The notes beneath the pieces were generated by a model. It was given only the letters and a program-made list of their open reading frames with translations. It was not told the origin of the DNA and did not search any database. A DNA stretch of 64,000 nt. Source: Neodothiora populina (lineage: Eukaryota). The translations under genes were made by a program, and so were the position numbers. Positions 47,627-61,000 of the stretch are shown here, piece after piece; positions within the stretch are counted from its first letter, which is position 1; the number at the start of each line of letters is the position of its first letter. The DNA is taken from the NCBI RefSeq assembly GCF_041146345.1, contig NW_027191404.1:186001-250000 (forward strand). The letters run 5' to 3'.

Positions 47627-47866
47627 AATCCACCCTCGCCGCCTTACATCTCGCAACACAGACCAGCATACTGTGGGACGTGTCAGACGTCTGGTCCACA
47701 CACGGGAATCCACCCTCGCCGCCTTACATCTCGCAACACAGACCAGCATACTGTGGGACGTGTCAGACGTCTGGTCCACACACGGGAATCCACCCTCGCC
47801 GCCTTGCATCTCGCAGCACAGACCAGCATACTGTGGGGCGTGGCAGACGTCTATTCTACACACGCT
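47627..47866 (+). repeat. 80-bp tandem repeat, 3 copies
   Basis: Unit AATCCACCCTCGCCGCCTTACATCTCGCAACACAGACCAGCATACTGTGGGACGTGTCAGACGTCTGGTCCACACACGGG starts at 47627, 47707 and 47787; the third copy is diverged. Confidence 0.95.
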
Positions 47867-48995
47867 CACACGGTTGGTCGATGACACTTGACCCTCGTGA
47901 CCCTGTGCCGAACTGACGTCTGGGTATCAGAGCGCATCGAAGGACAGAAGCGAGCTTCACCAGTGGCCAAAAAGAGACCTCCGCGGTTTTCCCGTGGGGC
48001 AAAGTAGACCTACCTTACTAGACAAACCAGACCAATTAAACCGCGAAAGGGCGAACAATCTACAGTTCTACAACTGGACGTATCTCGAGTCGTTCTGTCC
48101 GGCGTTCGGGACTTGTTTTCCTGAATCTACAGTCTTTTAGGCAGCCTTTTGCTTACTTGACTTTTCGCTCTCAGTTCTGGGCTGGAGTAAACAAAGTAAA
48201 CGTGGTTTTGAGAATATAGCGACATGATTGTGTCACGATTTGCGATGACATTGTGAATCTGTGTGTTAAGGATTGGTTGTGAGGCTACGTAATAGTCTCT
48301 CCTGGGTTGGACTCGTGAAGAGGAGTATCAAGGTACACGTGAAGAGGTAATTCCAATCACTGGTAACGAATATGAAATTGAACACAATGTTCCATAGGGG
48401 AACATTGTCTACTGCTATATACCTTACGGTATCGTAAGTGAGTGTCTGTAGTGTGGTGACTGCTCAGTGGTGATCAGTTTAATCAGTGCGACTAAGCAGT
48501 ACTGATCACTGAGCGAGTAAGTCGCTCAGTGCTAAGTATAGCTCCTGGTAGCGTGGGTCGTGGTCTTGCTCAGTAGTGCCAAGCTTCAGGTGTTTACTGA
48601 GCGCTTGGTCCGTGCTGGTCACGTGACGTCTCCGTGATCATAGTGATCGTAACATTGTGCAAGTCAGGCATACGCCTGCGTCTTCTACCAGGCTTGTTAA
48701 CGTACTAAGGTACAATTGTACCTTTCCGTAACAGGTCCGATCAACTTTAACTCCCATCCTATAGTTTCCACTGATCTTGGTGCCACCCCTCCACACCCTA
48801 GCACCATTAAGTAACATTCTTAAGGACATAAGGACAACGAAACTCGCATATTTTTCTTTACAGCTACACATCTGGTTTCATATGCACAAATTGTTCGTCT
48901 TCGGATTATCATATTGCTCGGGAACATAATTCACAACGATCACCTGCGATCTTCTGCCCATCCTCTAGAGCACCTAGACAGCCGCAATCAGACAT

Positions 48996-49290
48996 ATGAT
49001 GATGTCGCCCGATACCATTGTATCGCTGGTTTTCGGGATCATTGCAACAATCATCGGTCTTGCAGGAATTTGGTTCCAATGGCAGTTCACTGATACAATA
49101 CGGCAAAGTAAGTATGTTCTTGCTGTGCCGACATCAATGTGGTAAGGGGTCTGCTCACAACTATACGACAGGCCCTGCCGACGAAGAACGACTCATGGAA
49201 GAAATTGGCCAGATTGTTCAAGATGAAGCGTCTAATCCTGTGGAGCATGCCACCGCCAGCGATACTACTACGTCGTCGCCGTCAAGCTAG
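48996..49290 (+). CDS. Single-TM microprotein, paralog 1 (76 aa)
   Basis: MMMSPDTIVSLVFGIIATIIGLAGIWFQWQFTDTIRQ|SPADEERLMEEIGQIVQDEASNPVEHATASDTTTSSPSS*; phase-1 intron 49108-49171 (GTAAGT...GCTCAC...ACAG). Confidence 0.75.
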
Positions 49291-52200
49291 TGGTCCTCGG
49301 AGACGCGAGCAAGATTTACAGGACGTTCACGAAGCAATGAATCATGGATTCGAGATGTAGAGAGAACTGAAGACTAAATGTGTTCCTTTGGCTATCATTT
49401 GTGGCATTATGTAGGACTATTTTATGTTATGATTCGCACTAAACTTGGGATCTTGTAGAAACAAGCCATAAGTGCCGCGTACCATTTAGCCCAATTCACG
49501 GAGTTAATAAAAAAGCCGAGTCACACAATAGTACTGAAGCAACTGCGTGTCAAACGGTACATACCTAGTGTGGTAAGCGTGGGCATTGACGGTGAATCAC
49601 CGCGGGCGGCACGTTTCCGCTTATACGGCCCGAAACGAGCGGGACGGCAGATAAGGTTTACCCTATCTCCCGCTGCCGTGTTCCGAGTACCGAAATGTGG
49701 AGCTCAAGCACTTCTTTGTTCTGCTAAACACGGAATATGCTTCCTTATTGGAGGACGGAACTGGTCATTTTACTCGATGTCTACAATCATGTGTTGTCTT
49801 CCATATACAGCGATACTGAAGCTGAGAATCGAAAGACTGCCATAATTTCAAGATGTGGGATATCAAGATAAACATGGAAGATCGTCCTGTACACTTTCTA
49901 TTTGTATCCCGTCGTCCATGAGCTTTTGAGGTTTGTCCGAGACGACGGTAACTCGAGATGCTGTGTGAGGTTGCAAACGTCCAAAAATGACGCATAGCAG
50001 CGTGGATCATTGTAAAGAGCCATCTCTGCTCCCTTCTCCCCTCTTCATCGATGACGAGCATTTAGCCTATCCCATTGACGCGATGCGATTCCGAAATCTC
50101 GCTGTATCACCTTAGCTATAGTACCTGATTTACCTCTCTGCCCAATGAAGAGAGTCCTTCCGAGCGTATCACGTAGACACGTCTTTCTTTGCTCTCTCTG
50201 GCAGATTTCAAAAGATCTCTACTCTTCATACGACAAGTGAGCATTTCGAGTGTAATTCCGAAAAGTTTGAGTGTGCAACTATCATAAACATAACCTGGTC
50301 ATCAAGGGACATATTATTCCCAGTGCTAACTCAAGTATACCTATTCATTCGTATCCCTTGCTAAGGGTCGTCTGCTACCTTCGTTTTCTTCTAGAATGCC
50401 CATGTACCAGTAAACAAGTTTTTCTGTGTTGTCAACTTGTACGCGTCCCTGACGTGACCCTGCCTTGGTTCATCATACCTTCCATCGATTATCGCTCGAC
50501 TAATGTTATCATTACATTTCTTCTCGGCACTCATGTGATAATTATATGTTCCATAGGGTATCTACATCGTTCCAATGATGCCGTTCTACATATGACCATA
50601 CTACAATCTTCCTGTCAGCCGCGTAGTATCTATTAGTGTCGGTTATCACTTGCATTCGGATCTGGTTCGGATCTTGATCAGATGTTAAACCATAAGCGTG
50701 GTTGTTGAAGAGTCTTGCGTTAGTGCAATCACTCTGGCTACCCTGATCTCCGATCATATTGTAGAAGAAGAAGACATGATGGGAGAAGATATCGTCGCAA
50801 AAGAGGTCACAACATACTCCATGGCATAAGTATGATCATGAGAGTATATGCATTTCACATCTAGTGACGTAGAACATGTTTGGAGGTAGAACTCGATTAG
50901 CTGTCAGATGAGGGGCTAGATTAGTAACGAGGGAAGTATAATTATAGCGTGACGGCTGCTTTTTCTTCATGCTTTCATCACGTATTACGATGTGTTGGGA
51001 GATATGCAGTCACTCCAGAGAGAGACGGCCGCAAGCTCATTATTAGTTCTCGAAAATTGACCTCGAAACTTTCTGACTTACTTTATAAGGTTCGGTTCAG
51101 CACGTGGAAGCTCGTACATCAGGTTCTTGTACTAAGGTACCTGATGTACAGGCCCGAGTCTAAAGCACAGGGTCGAGTTTATGAGGCAAACCATGTCGTT
51201 TCAAGTGCTTCTGTCTCGAATCATCTCGAGCATTTAACAAGCTTGCTTGATTTCATTACCTTGGCGAAATCGACTAAGTTGTGTATATATCTGAGCCATT
51301 CACACCCTCAAAATATCAGGAGCGTTGTCTCTTCCCATATCGGCGGCGCCACAGGGTTTGCCTTTCGACTGAGCGCCTCCAAGGCCTTCGACAGCATCTG
51401 TGCTCTTGTCCAAGATGCATCCTCACTGGAGGAGCATCAAATATAGTGATTAGATGGGGACTAGCTGATCTCTCACCATCACTAATCTCTGACATATAAT
51501 GAACATTGTTAATAGCTCCACAAGAAACCAGTGAACTTGAGGACTAGTTCGATGTGCTGTGTAGTCATATATCTGACAATTAATCGTGCTCGCTTGGGTT
51601 CGCCTGTGTCCATGGACTACCTCGGCGATTGAGTGGTCGAATATCTTCGTTTTTTTGCGATCTTTTAGCCAATCACGATGTCAATTTGAGCTGTCGATGA
51701 ACACTATCCTCAACACTGACCGGTCTATCAGCAGCGTCTGGGAGCTTGCATTGATGCCATGGCGACAGCCGAGGTTTGAAACCTTGTACCTGCTTGTATG
51801 GAATTTTTGTATGGGCGACGCAGTATCTGATCCATTGCTGTAGAGAGGTTAGCAAGCTTCGCATACTTATCAGTGGCGGCCATCGATCTTGAGCCGGCTT
51901 CTCCCCTATTGGGAATTCCGCCAATCATCGTATCTAGTATGCTACAGGGACCCAGGAACCAATTTTCGACGCCCAAAAGTCATAGATTGACTATAGCTTC
52001 CATGTTTTCTCCTGAAGAGATTGCCACACTCTTATGGGACCTTCTTCGATGGGAAAACTGTAAGGGTCATCTGGTTCTATCGTGGCTACTGTCATCGCAG
52101 ACGATAATAGCCTCATGCATCACTTCCTATTGGAGATGTTATGATCTGAAAGATCCCCGTCCAACGACGTTCAATGTTTTTCTTGGCATTCAACCGCGAG

Positions 52201-52595
52201 GACACCTCTCGCAGCCGCTACGCCGTTATTTGAACGTGGCGACCCATGCAAGACTCTGAGGCTTGCGCCCGCGGATGCGGCCCTCACCTCGACTCGCATG
52301 GCCCCTCCTGGTCCAAGCGGGTAATCGTATTGTGTAAAGAGTAGACAGGAGGATACATAACTCTGATACCCCTTAAGGCATCTCTCGAGTACATATTAGC
52401 AGTCTTCTCATAGACCTGAACTCGAGTAACATTCTCTAAGATACCACAAGTCTCTGTATCCTTGGGGTCGGTTCAACAATCATCAGTTTGTGACGTCCAG
52501 AATACTTAGAGGATACTCGGATACTTCATCGCCAGTGCCCCTCCACGTTACGACTCTGTAACGCCAATCTTGTTCCCCGCTGCCAACCAGAAGCT

Positions 52596-52842
52596 ATGCT
52601 GCGATCCGATATCATCGTCTCCGTTGTCTTCCGAATCATCGCAACAATCATAGGACTTATAGGCATCTGGGTTCAGTGGCAGTTCAGCCGCTCTTTACGT
52701 CAACGTAGGTATATTTCCGACCTTAGGAATTTTGATCTCATCCGCTCATAATTGTACCACAGGTGCTACTGACGATGAGCAGTTTATCTGCAGAGGTACG
52801 CAGACATGCGAAATCGAGGCAGACGAGACACCCGCCTTGTAG
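52596..52842 (+). CDS. Single-TM microprotein, paralog 2 (62 aa)
   Basis: MLRSDIIVSVVFRIIATIIGLIGIWVQWQFSRSLRQ|RATDDEQFICRGTQTCEIEADETPAL*; phase-1 intron 52705-52762 at the same position as in paralog 1. Confidence 0.7.
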
Positions 52843-53232
52843 ATGCATCATAGACAGGGACAAGGTATGGATTGGAGTACTAGAAACGTCATGAGAGGGT
52901 AGCTGCGACACACAAGGAATACACAGAGCGATGGGCACTAAGACCGCAGGGGGAGTAATGACATATTGGCATATCTTGTTATTCTTCAAGGCACCGTATA
53001 TCGATTGATCGTATCATGATATGCAACATGAACCAGCATAGAAGCTGCTCTTCGTCCTGTCTCCCTCGTTGCCTTACAGTTGTATGCGTCGCAATGGTCA
53101 GAGCTGAATTCAATAATAAAGTCGTCAATGAGGACGCTATTTCTCGGGCGGTACGGACCGGGCCGCGGGTCTATGCATTGTTCCGTCCCTTGGGTTATCG
53201 GTACCCCAGACCTGGAATACACCTCATTGTTT

Positions 53233-53254
53233 GAATCAATGATGTGACTTGATT
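53233..53254 (+). repeat. 22-bp exact direct repeat, copy 2
   Basis: Identical to 47527-47548. Confidence 0.8.
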
Positions 53255-56200
53255 AGGTGTAACTGCATAATCTATCGGAAGAAGTCTATTTGACTTGTGC
53301 AGCCGCTTGTTTATCCGAAGCTTACCCGCGCTTTCCGCGCTAGTTTAATTGATCCACCTCATGCCTCGCAACACTCATCGGGTGTAACCCCACATCGCCA
53401 TGCTGTCAACAATCGATCTCATGTACAATGATCAGGTGTAACTTTTCAAGGTCTATTTCGAATAGCCTTATGCATCTCGTTGTATTCGGTAGACAAGGGC
53501 ACTGAATAAACATAGTTGCTCATGAATGATGTAAAAAGCCTCGAAGATGCCAGATTTAGCCTCTTGGTAGGAACTACTACTACTCCAATCTACAGAGTCA
53601 TTCAGTTGTAGAGGTCATTGATGCTCCGTAAAAATAGTAGAAGATGTATGTGAATGTGTCATCGCCAACAGTTTTTAGGAAGAACACAAGAAGGACCTTG
53701 TTTAGGTTCAGCATACATCCTCAATATTTTGTCATTGGAGGCTCGCGCGCGCGATGACGTCGTGGACGAAGCCTTAGCTCTACAGCAGCGTGAGATTCCC
53801 TTTCGAGAGTACCTCACTTATATACTGTACCCAACCCAATCCCAATGCTCGCTACTACGGCCCGTGTCCGCGAAACTCAACATGAAGGGGTAGAATAGTG
53901 CAAGACATCTACAGGGTGCCTTACCTCACGTATCGTCTCATACCGGCATCTTTATGAGAACAAGAATCTTTCCATGCGTCTACTAAACACGCCGGATGTC
54001 GCTAGTGTTACATCAACATTGCATGACCCCAGTGCGCCGCGACTGCACAGCCCCTCACGTGCGTCACTGCTTCTCAATGCATGAACGCAAAAGAGCTTTT
54101 GATCAGCTACCCTATATAATCCATGTTCCCTGACTACTCTTCTGGCGCGCTTGTACCGAGCTTGCTCCATTCAGTGAGTAATGTTCGTAGATCTCTATTC
54201 GTGCAAGCACCATAGAAGATAGAATCCAGTCAATCCTTCCCAAAGGTCAAACTCAACATTATTTGATGAATTCGAAGTATGTTCGCGGGCTCGGAGCGCG
54301 ATTCCAAGCGCCAGACCCTGCCTAGGCTGGGAAAGCCCATAAGTTCGTCGGACATCCTAGTAACCAAGCGATAACCGTCTTCATATGATCTTTGCCATTT
54401 TGGTAGGGTTGAGTACCAGCCATCCGTACCGCATGCATCTGAGGTCTTTGGGATGTGCAGGAGCCAATCTACGTCGGCACCGTGAAGGCAAAAGTGGTAT
54501 CCGCCAATCTCACAATACGTGCACTTCGAAACCTGTTATGGCTCGATGCAACACCCGACTTTGTTGGTGGTCATACCATCTTCTCGAGCTTGTCATCCCG
54601 CTCGTGGCTACATCATTTTTAATAAGATGTTTCTACCGGGACTGCTGGTATAGTGTAGGGCGGAAACATCGGTCGTCCCAGGCGGCGCTCCCAGGCTTCA
54701 CGTCCATCTCATCACTTGGTCCAGAGATCATGGCTGGATAGGTAGAAAGACACAGGGCCGTACGGATCGTGTGCTTGCTGTAGTGCATCTCGATACTATC
54801 CTTGTACAACGTTTTGATGCTGTGCGTTGAGGAAGTTGTTTAGCATGCTTGATTAGAAGTGCAGAGTATAAAATAGCCCTATGGAGGCCTGCCTGACTTA
54901 CAAGTGGACGTGACGTCCTGAGAAATCGTGTCACTATCATATACTGCAGTCATGTCACAGCACTTAATCATTAGCAGTCTCAGCGCCATGGTCACTTTTC
55001 GCCGATGATCCTATCATCACTGCTTGCGTCTATCCCAACCATAATTCAACCCATGATACTAACAGTCCACCGTGAATACCAAACTGCGACAGTATAAATC
55101 CTGTTTGTATGATTATAGACGCGCTCCAGACGTACGCGGCGAAGAACAATCCTTGGTCGAGGTCAATCCGACAACATAAAAGCAGGGTCTTTTGGTAAAG
55201 CGATGACCGAAGTCGCAGCTAGCGTTCATTTCACGAGGGAATGACTCTTTCGCTTCCTGGAGATTCTGGGGAGACTGCTCTGCAGGAAAAGTAGCTACGT
55301 CGCGGCAAAGTAGCTACACGGTGGAGAATGAGCCACTAACTCAGGTACCACGTGGGATTGATCTACCCTGATGAACACACGGAGCTAAGAACGTCTGCAC
55401 CACAACCACCAACGTAGAGCCCCATCGGGCCCAGCTCGTCCGGAACCTTACAATTCCACATTCAATCTAGCCACTCCATGTCGGCGTACACCTGATCATG
55501 TTCTGGTATAAAGTGGAGTCAGAGGTCCTAGCTTGCTGCTACGGTGTGTTGTCCTGCACTATTAGGCTTTAGTCAATGGCACTGTGAGGAATATTGCTGA
55601 TCGTTTATGGCTACTGCACCGTACATCATATCATATCAAAGGTACTCAGGGTGGCAAGCCGCGGAGGCCAGCTGATTCCGACGCCTCGACACTATTGCAC
55701 CGCTCACTTCATCATGCTCCACCCATATCTACAATCGAATAATCAAGTCCGTGTCCGTTTGGGTACGCTACGAGTGCTTACAGAAAGACAATAGGATATG
55801 TAGGGTACTCGGGTGAGTCTACATCCTACTCGTATGGAGCTACTGAGAGAATCAATTATATCTGAATGTCGAAACTGAATCGCATTTCGTGAGAAGAGAA
55901 AGCGTGGTCTGAATCTATACTGAGATAGAGACAGTCATTGTCAAACTGCGTCATGTCCACACTTCTATATTGAAGGTGGAGTCTTAGCACTGCATATATG
56001 CATGATAGTTATCGATCGCATCATGTGGTTGCTGCACTCGTCTGAGCCTCTGCGGCGCAAGATCACTCGTCAATTCGTGCTTTTGTTAGGATGCTAGCCA
56101 CGACCTTGTTCCGCCTTCCTTTCAGACTGATCCCCTGTCCACATCGTGTACTCCAGAGTGCACAGTACACAAGGTCACACAATCCGACACACACAGGCGC

Positions 56201-56385
56201 CTCCGAACTCGGGAGCATTCAGCCAGTGTCACTAATTATTATCTTCTGAGTGTGGGGCATCACCCTCACAGCATCTAACTGAATCCTCGCCATGAATCGC
56301 TACATGGAAAGCTCTGCTCTAGGATGGTATGTGTTCAATGATTTCACATCATGATCCGTTTAATTCATGATGAAGCAGCACCACA

Positions 56386-56804
56386 ATGACCGTGCATGCC
56401 CATTCAAGTCCCACACATGCAAAGCTGTCCAGCGATGTCGCCGTCTCGATCGCATTTGGTCTGGTCTCTACTATAATTGGCGTCGTGGGACTTTGGCTTC
56501 AATGGGAAATGGGGAGAACGAGGAGAGTGCGTTAGTATATTGTTTTCCCTATAACATTACTATTCACGCCGTGAGCGTAAGATGACGCGATCCTGCCAAG
56601 TCGGTCTTCTATCTCGGACGGGCCACGCTAATCTGTACTACAGTCGGGGTCTCCGATGAGGAGCAACAGTCGACAAACCATCTCCCAACACCAGCATCGA
56701 GTGCTGCTGGTCATTACGATTCCGTGGATGCCGACAGAAACACCCTAGAATACAGACTTACCGATGCTACGAGTACCTCAGAGGAGGGCGATGTATCGCG
56801 TTGA
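56386..56804 (+). CDS. Single-TM microprotein, paralog 3 (101 aa)
   Basis: MTVHAHSSPTHAKLSSDVAVSIAFGLVSTIIGVVGLWLQWEMGRTRRV|LGVSDEEQQSTNHLPTP...SEEGDVSR*; phase-1 intron 56531-56643 (GTTAGT...GCTAAT...TACAG). Confidence 0.72.
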
Positions 56805-58063
56805 AGTGGCCATGTATCGCCCTTCTCGGGGATGGGTTTTCCGTCAATTTCTTGAAGCCTCAGCCCTGCAACCATACTCGTTCCGGAATCCTAAGACTTG
56901 GATGGCAACCAAGTTTGGTAAATGCTTTCGCAGTAGTTAGTTTCCAGCAAAGCCAGTAATTTCACCTTCGACAATCGAATACTGATGCCGTTGACTATCC
57001 CTGCTAATCATTACGGTGGTCCTATAAACTGACCAGATGGGGCCGCACGTCCTATTCTATCGTTGCTATCGTGTTTGAGCAAAGGCCTGCTTTGGACAAA
57101 GTGCTGAGTCGCTAGCACGGCCAGCGAAGGGCATGCGGTTCGAGAATCGGTGATGGACTGGTTGGTATGTACCTCATTTGGCGCACCTCACTTGTTCATC
57201 TTACCGGGTTCGAGAGTGCAAGGTCTACGTTGCGGTTTGCGTATATGCGATACCGTCGAGACTCTCAGGGAGCAGGGTGATAAATTTGTGGGAGCGACAG
57301 GAGGATGGACCTGCATCTGACAGTATTGACGATGGATATGTCGTGAAAGTACGAATGGTGGAATTCGAACGGGAGTAAATGATGATACTCTTATTGTAAG
57401 TAAATAGGATGGAGTAATGGAAGTGATAGGACGATTACTTGACCGGTTTGCGGCTGGCCGTATTTATGAGGTCGAGCATCTATCGATCGCGTGAGAAGAG
57501 TCCTTGCTGCATGATGACATGAGATGTGGAGACTTTGACGCACGCATACAATTAGGCGTACCACAACATGTCATAGCCGTTGCGCTTTGCTGGCTGCGCT
57601 TTGTTGGCATCATTTGATCATTTATATTTTACCCACCAATTATAAGATACTGCTGCCCAACACATGATCCACCCCTCATTAGATACTCCATGGTCGGAGT
57701 AACATGTGTCAATGTGATAGCAAGGAGCACAGCTTCTTCAGAAACGTGGCAGACGACAACGCTGCCGCTTACAGTTTTCTCATGATCGAGATGGAGGATC
57801 GACGATGGACCCATGCCAGACCAAGCATATCTGGCCGGCTCCCACGCGTTGTGTCGTGTGGCAATAGTGATGATTTTGCGATGCATTTCCATACGGTTTC
57901 CGGAACTCGACGCCGTCAATGTCATATCGAGGGCTACTCAAAGCTTCTTTTCTCATACCAGCCACCAAAGAAGTTTGACGGCACGATCCTATACAAGACA
58001 TATTTACTCCAGCAAAGCTGAATTCATATTTCTGGCTTTCTGTTGTCCAACACCTCAAGCATT

Positions 58064-61000
58064 TCAGCTACCATTAATAGATGTAACGGCAGAAGTGTTG
58101 CCTTGGGCTCCGACCAGTCCAGCTCCAATCCCGTTCGACAGATCGCGTGCCTCCAATACACTCAATACAGATGGACGATATCGATACCTTTGAGTACTAG
58201 CTTCGCTAGGTTCACTCCTTACTCTCGTTCTTCGTCGATGGTTTTGCTCGTCTGGCAAGTCTGGCAAGGCCAAAAGCGAGAAGTCAACCCCCGGTGTCGC
58301 AGGGTGTATTTCGATCCCTCCGCCGTGCGCCTGAACGACCGTATGGGAATTATCGTGGATCTCATTGATTGGCTCAAGAAGTAAAGGTCGTCGACGCCGC
58401 TGTTGATCTGACCATGATACTGGATCTATAGTTCGAACACCCCGAGCAATCGCTCGGCGTTCTCGCATTCTGTTGAAGGCTTCTGATTACAATGGCCTGT
58501 CGGATTGCCCTGTAGTCTCAGGCCTGTTTTGGAGGGTAGCCGTGCGAGATGTTCCAGAACTTCTGATGATTGGCACAGGGTATTCCTGCATCACATGGCC
58601 GTTCCGATGGTTATAGCTATAGTCTGGAGCGAACCTTATGTGTCCGTTCAATGATCCGACGCATTCTCTGCTCGACGGAGACATATCCTTGGATTCCATG
58701 GAAGGCCTGGATTCGTGCAGATTACGGAATGACTCGGTACGACGTTCGGAAGCCTTTCCACGCCAGCTTGGTGTGCCGAGTCCCATCGTGGCTCGAAGTA
58801 TGTCTTTGCTATTAGAACTTTCAAACCAAAATCTTCGCGAAGATGGTGGGCTCTTCGCTTGCTCATAGACACGAGAGTCGGGAACGGGCTTTTCCTGGAT
58901 CTCCTTGTAGACACGGTGCGTAGTGACACAATAAGGATTGCCCGTCGATCCGCCAAGGTCGGTCTCGTCAGCTTCGTGTATTACTTCAAGGGCGTCTTCT
59001 ACGGCTGGAGAGGAGAAGGGTTTCCCATCAGATGACAACATGTGTCTTTGCGTCCGAAAAGGCACCCCTATCGGATGCTTTCGACCATAACTAGGTTGTA
59101 TTACTTTTGCCGTATCATTGTTGTCCATGATGAAGTTGCCTTTCCGGCTATTACCCTTGAAAGCTAGTGTGTTTGCTGAGCTGATCGCGAACTTGTCCCT
59201 AGTCTCACCCTGTAGCACGCTAGGTGGCAACATTGATAGCTGCTCTTGTAAATTGTAAGGATTTGCTCCGCTCTCATAAGCGGACGGTTCGTCTTCCTCT
59301 GCAATAGGTGGTCCGTACAAGATATTCTTCGGCGCTTGACTCGCCAACGCGTTGCTATATTTGGCGCTGGAAGACTCTCTTATTTCGTTGTTGGTCTGGT
59401 ACCCACGCCTGGAATGAGATTGTACCGTAAGATAGGTCAAATCTGATGGCGTTGTAGGTAGTGCGGAACGCCGTTGCTGCACAAGATCCCGCCACATCCC
59501 CGGCGACCCGGTCATCATGAAAGGTTGTAGCCAAGTTTCATCGGACTCTTGAACCGGCGCAAGCAGGTGCCTAGATGTCTTAGGAACCAAGACGTGGTCC
59601 TCTTCTAGTGCAGTGCTCCGATCTGTGTCAGGCAAGGGTTCATGACTCACTGGCAGCAATAGTGATGGCTTTTTAGGCTGCACGTCCGTGCCCAAGGTAA
59701 GTGGTAATGAATCATCGCAACAATTAGTCTGTAGCTCTGAGTGACATAAATGCGTCTCGCTCGGCGAGCAATGGGTGCCATCAGCCAACTCTGAATCATA
59801 ACATGGCCTTCCTATCAAGCCAGTGTTCGGGGCGATTGCTCGATCCTCTGTAGTGGTGATCTTACATTTGAGCCGAACGCGCTCTGCACGGGAATGCCCT
59901 TGACCTGGTGATGCGCACGCAACACCATGCCTAGTACATAGTGCTGCATGTTGTGACAGAGCGTGATACTCGTTGACGTGAGGGCTGGGACCATTGTAAT
60001 GAGCCTCATCGTACGCCAGACCCATACTATGGTTTGGCGAATGTTCTTCACCTTGTACAGTGGTACCGGGTGGCTCATCGTGCGATCCAGAACCTGAGAT
60101 TTGATCATGATTGATGACATCGACCACAGGTGAAGTGAATGCAAAGTCCCATGAAGTAGTGGTGCCCGATTTGGCTCGGCGCTGCGACCTCATTGGCTTT
60201 GATTTGTCTTCATAACGATGTTGATGCGCAAAACGGGATGTAAGACTCGGAACCATCGATTCGCGATCGGACGTGACAGCCCTATCATTGCCTTCGACAG
60301 CGGCAGTCCTCCTTGAGTCTTCTCTCATCATCGACGGTGACTCGGTGAAACCAAGCTCGCTCCCAGTTGGCGTAATGTCAAGTTGAAAAATGCGCCTTTG
60401 CTTCCTCATTCGAGCGTGACTGAAAGTAGAGTGGACCAATACCATGTCCAAGCGTTTGCTTGGTACGATGAAGTCGAGCGGTCGACCGTTCCAGTGGGTG
60501 CCGGCGTTACTATCATGGCGTGTGATGTTGCCGCTACTCAGAGGTACAGTTGGTTTCTCAGGTTCGTATCGACCAGATCGGACGACCTCCTCAATATGTG
60601 GCAGATGATGGTGATCACTGCCTGGTGGTGGTGCGTCAATGCTAGGCGAGGGCGTATGTCTGCTCCAAAGCTTACGAAGATCTGGAGTTCGCATGCGACA
60701 TCGTTCCAGGAAATGCCTATTGATAAATCCGCTGTTGCTTTCCGGTGGCGCGCGATCTGTCTCTGAGTGGTCGATAGAGTGGGACAAAGTTGCGGTTATA
60801 CTCGAGATTATGACATGGTGCTTATTAGTCCGCAAGACACGCGATAGAGCATCGATATTCCTGTCAGTGCTGACAAGATTGAGGAGTGCTCGAATGCTCT
60901 GATACGACCACAATTTCTAGTTGCCGATGTCCTGGGGTACTTTGCCATGTTCGCGACTAACGACGCTCGAATGCCTGAATGTAGTAGCCCTTGGTTGCTC

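Noticed and set aside
47627..47866. CRISPR-like array
   Set aside because: Units are contiguous with no unique spacers, there are no cas genes, and the context is eukaryotic.
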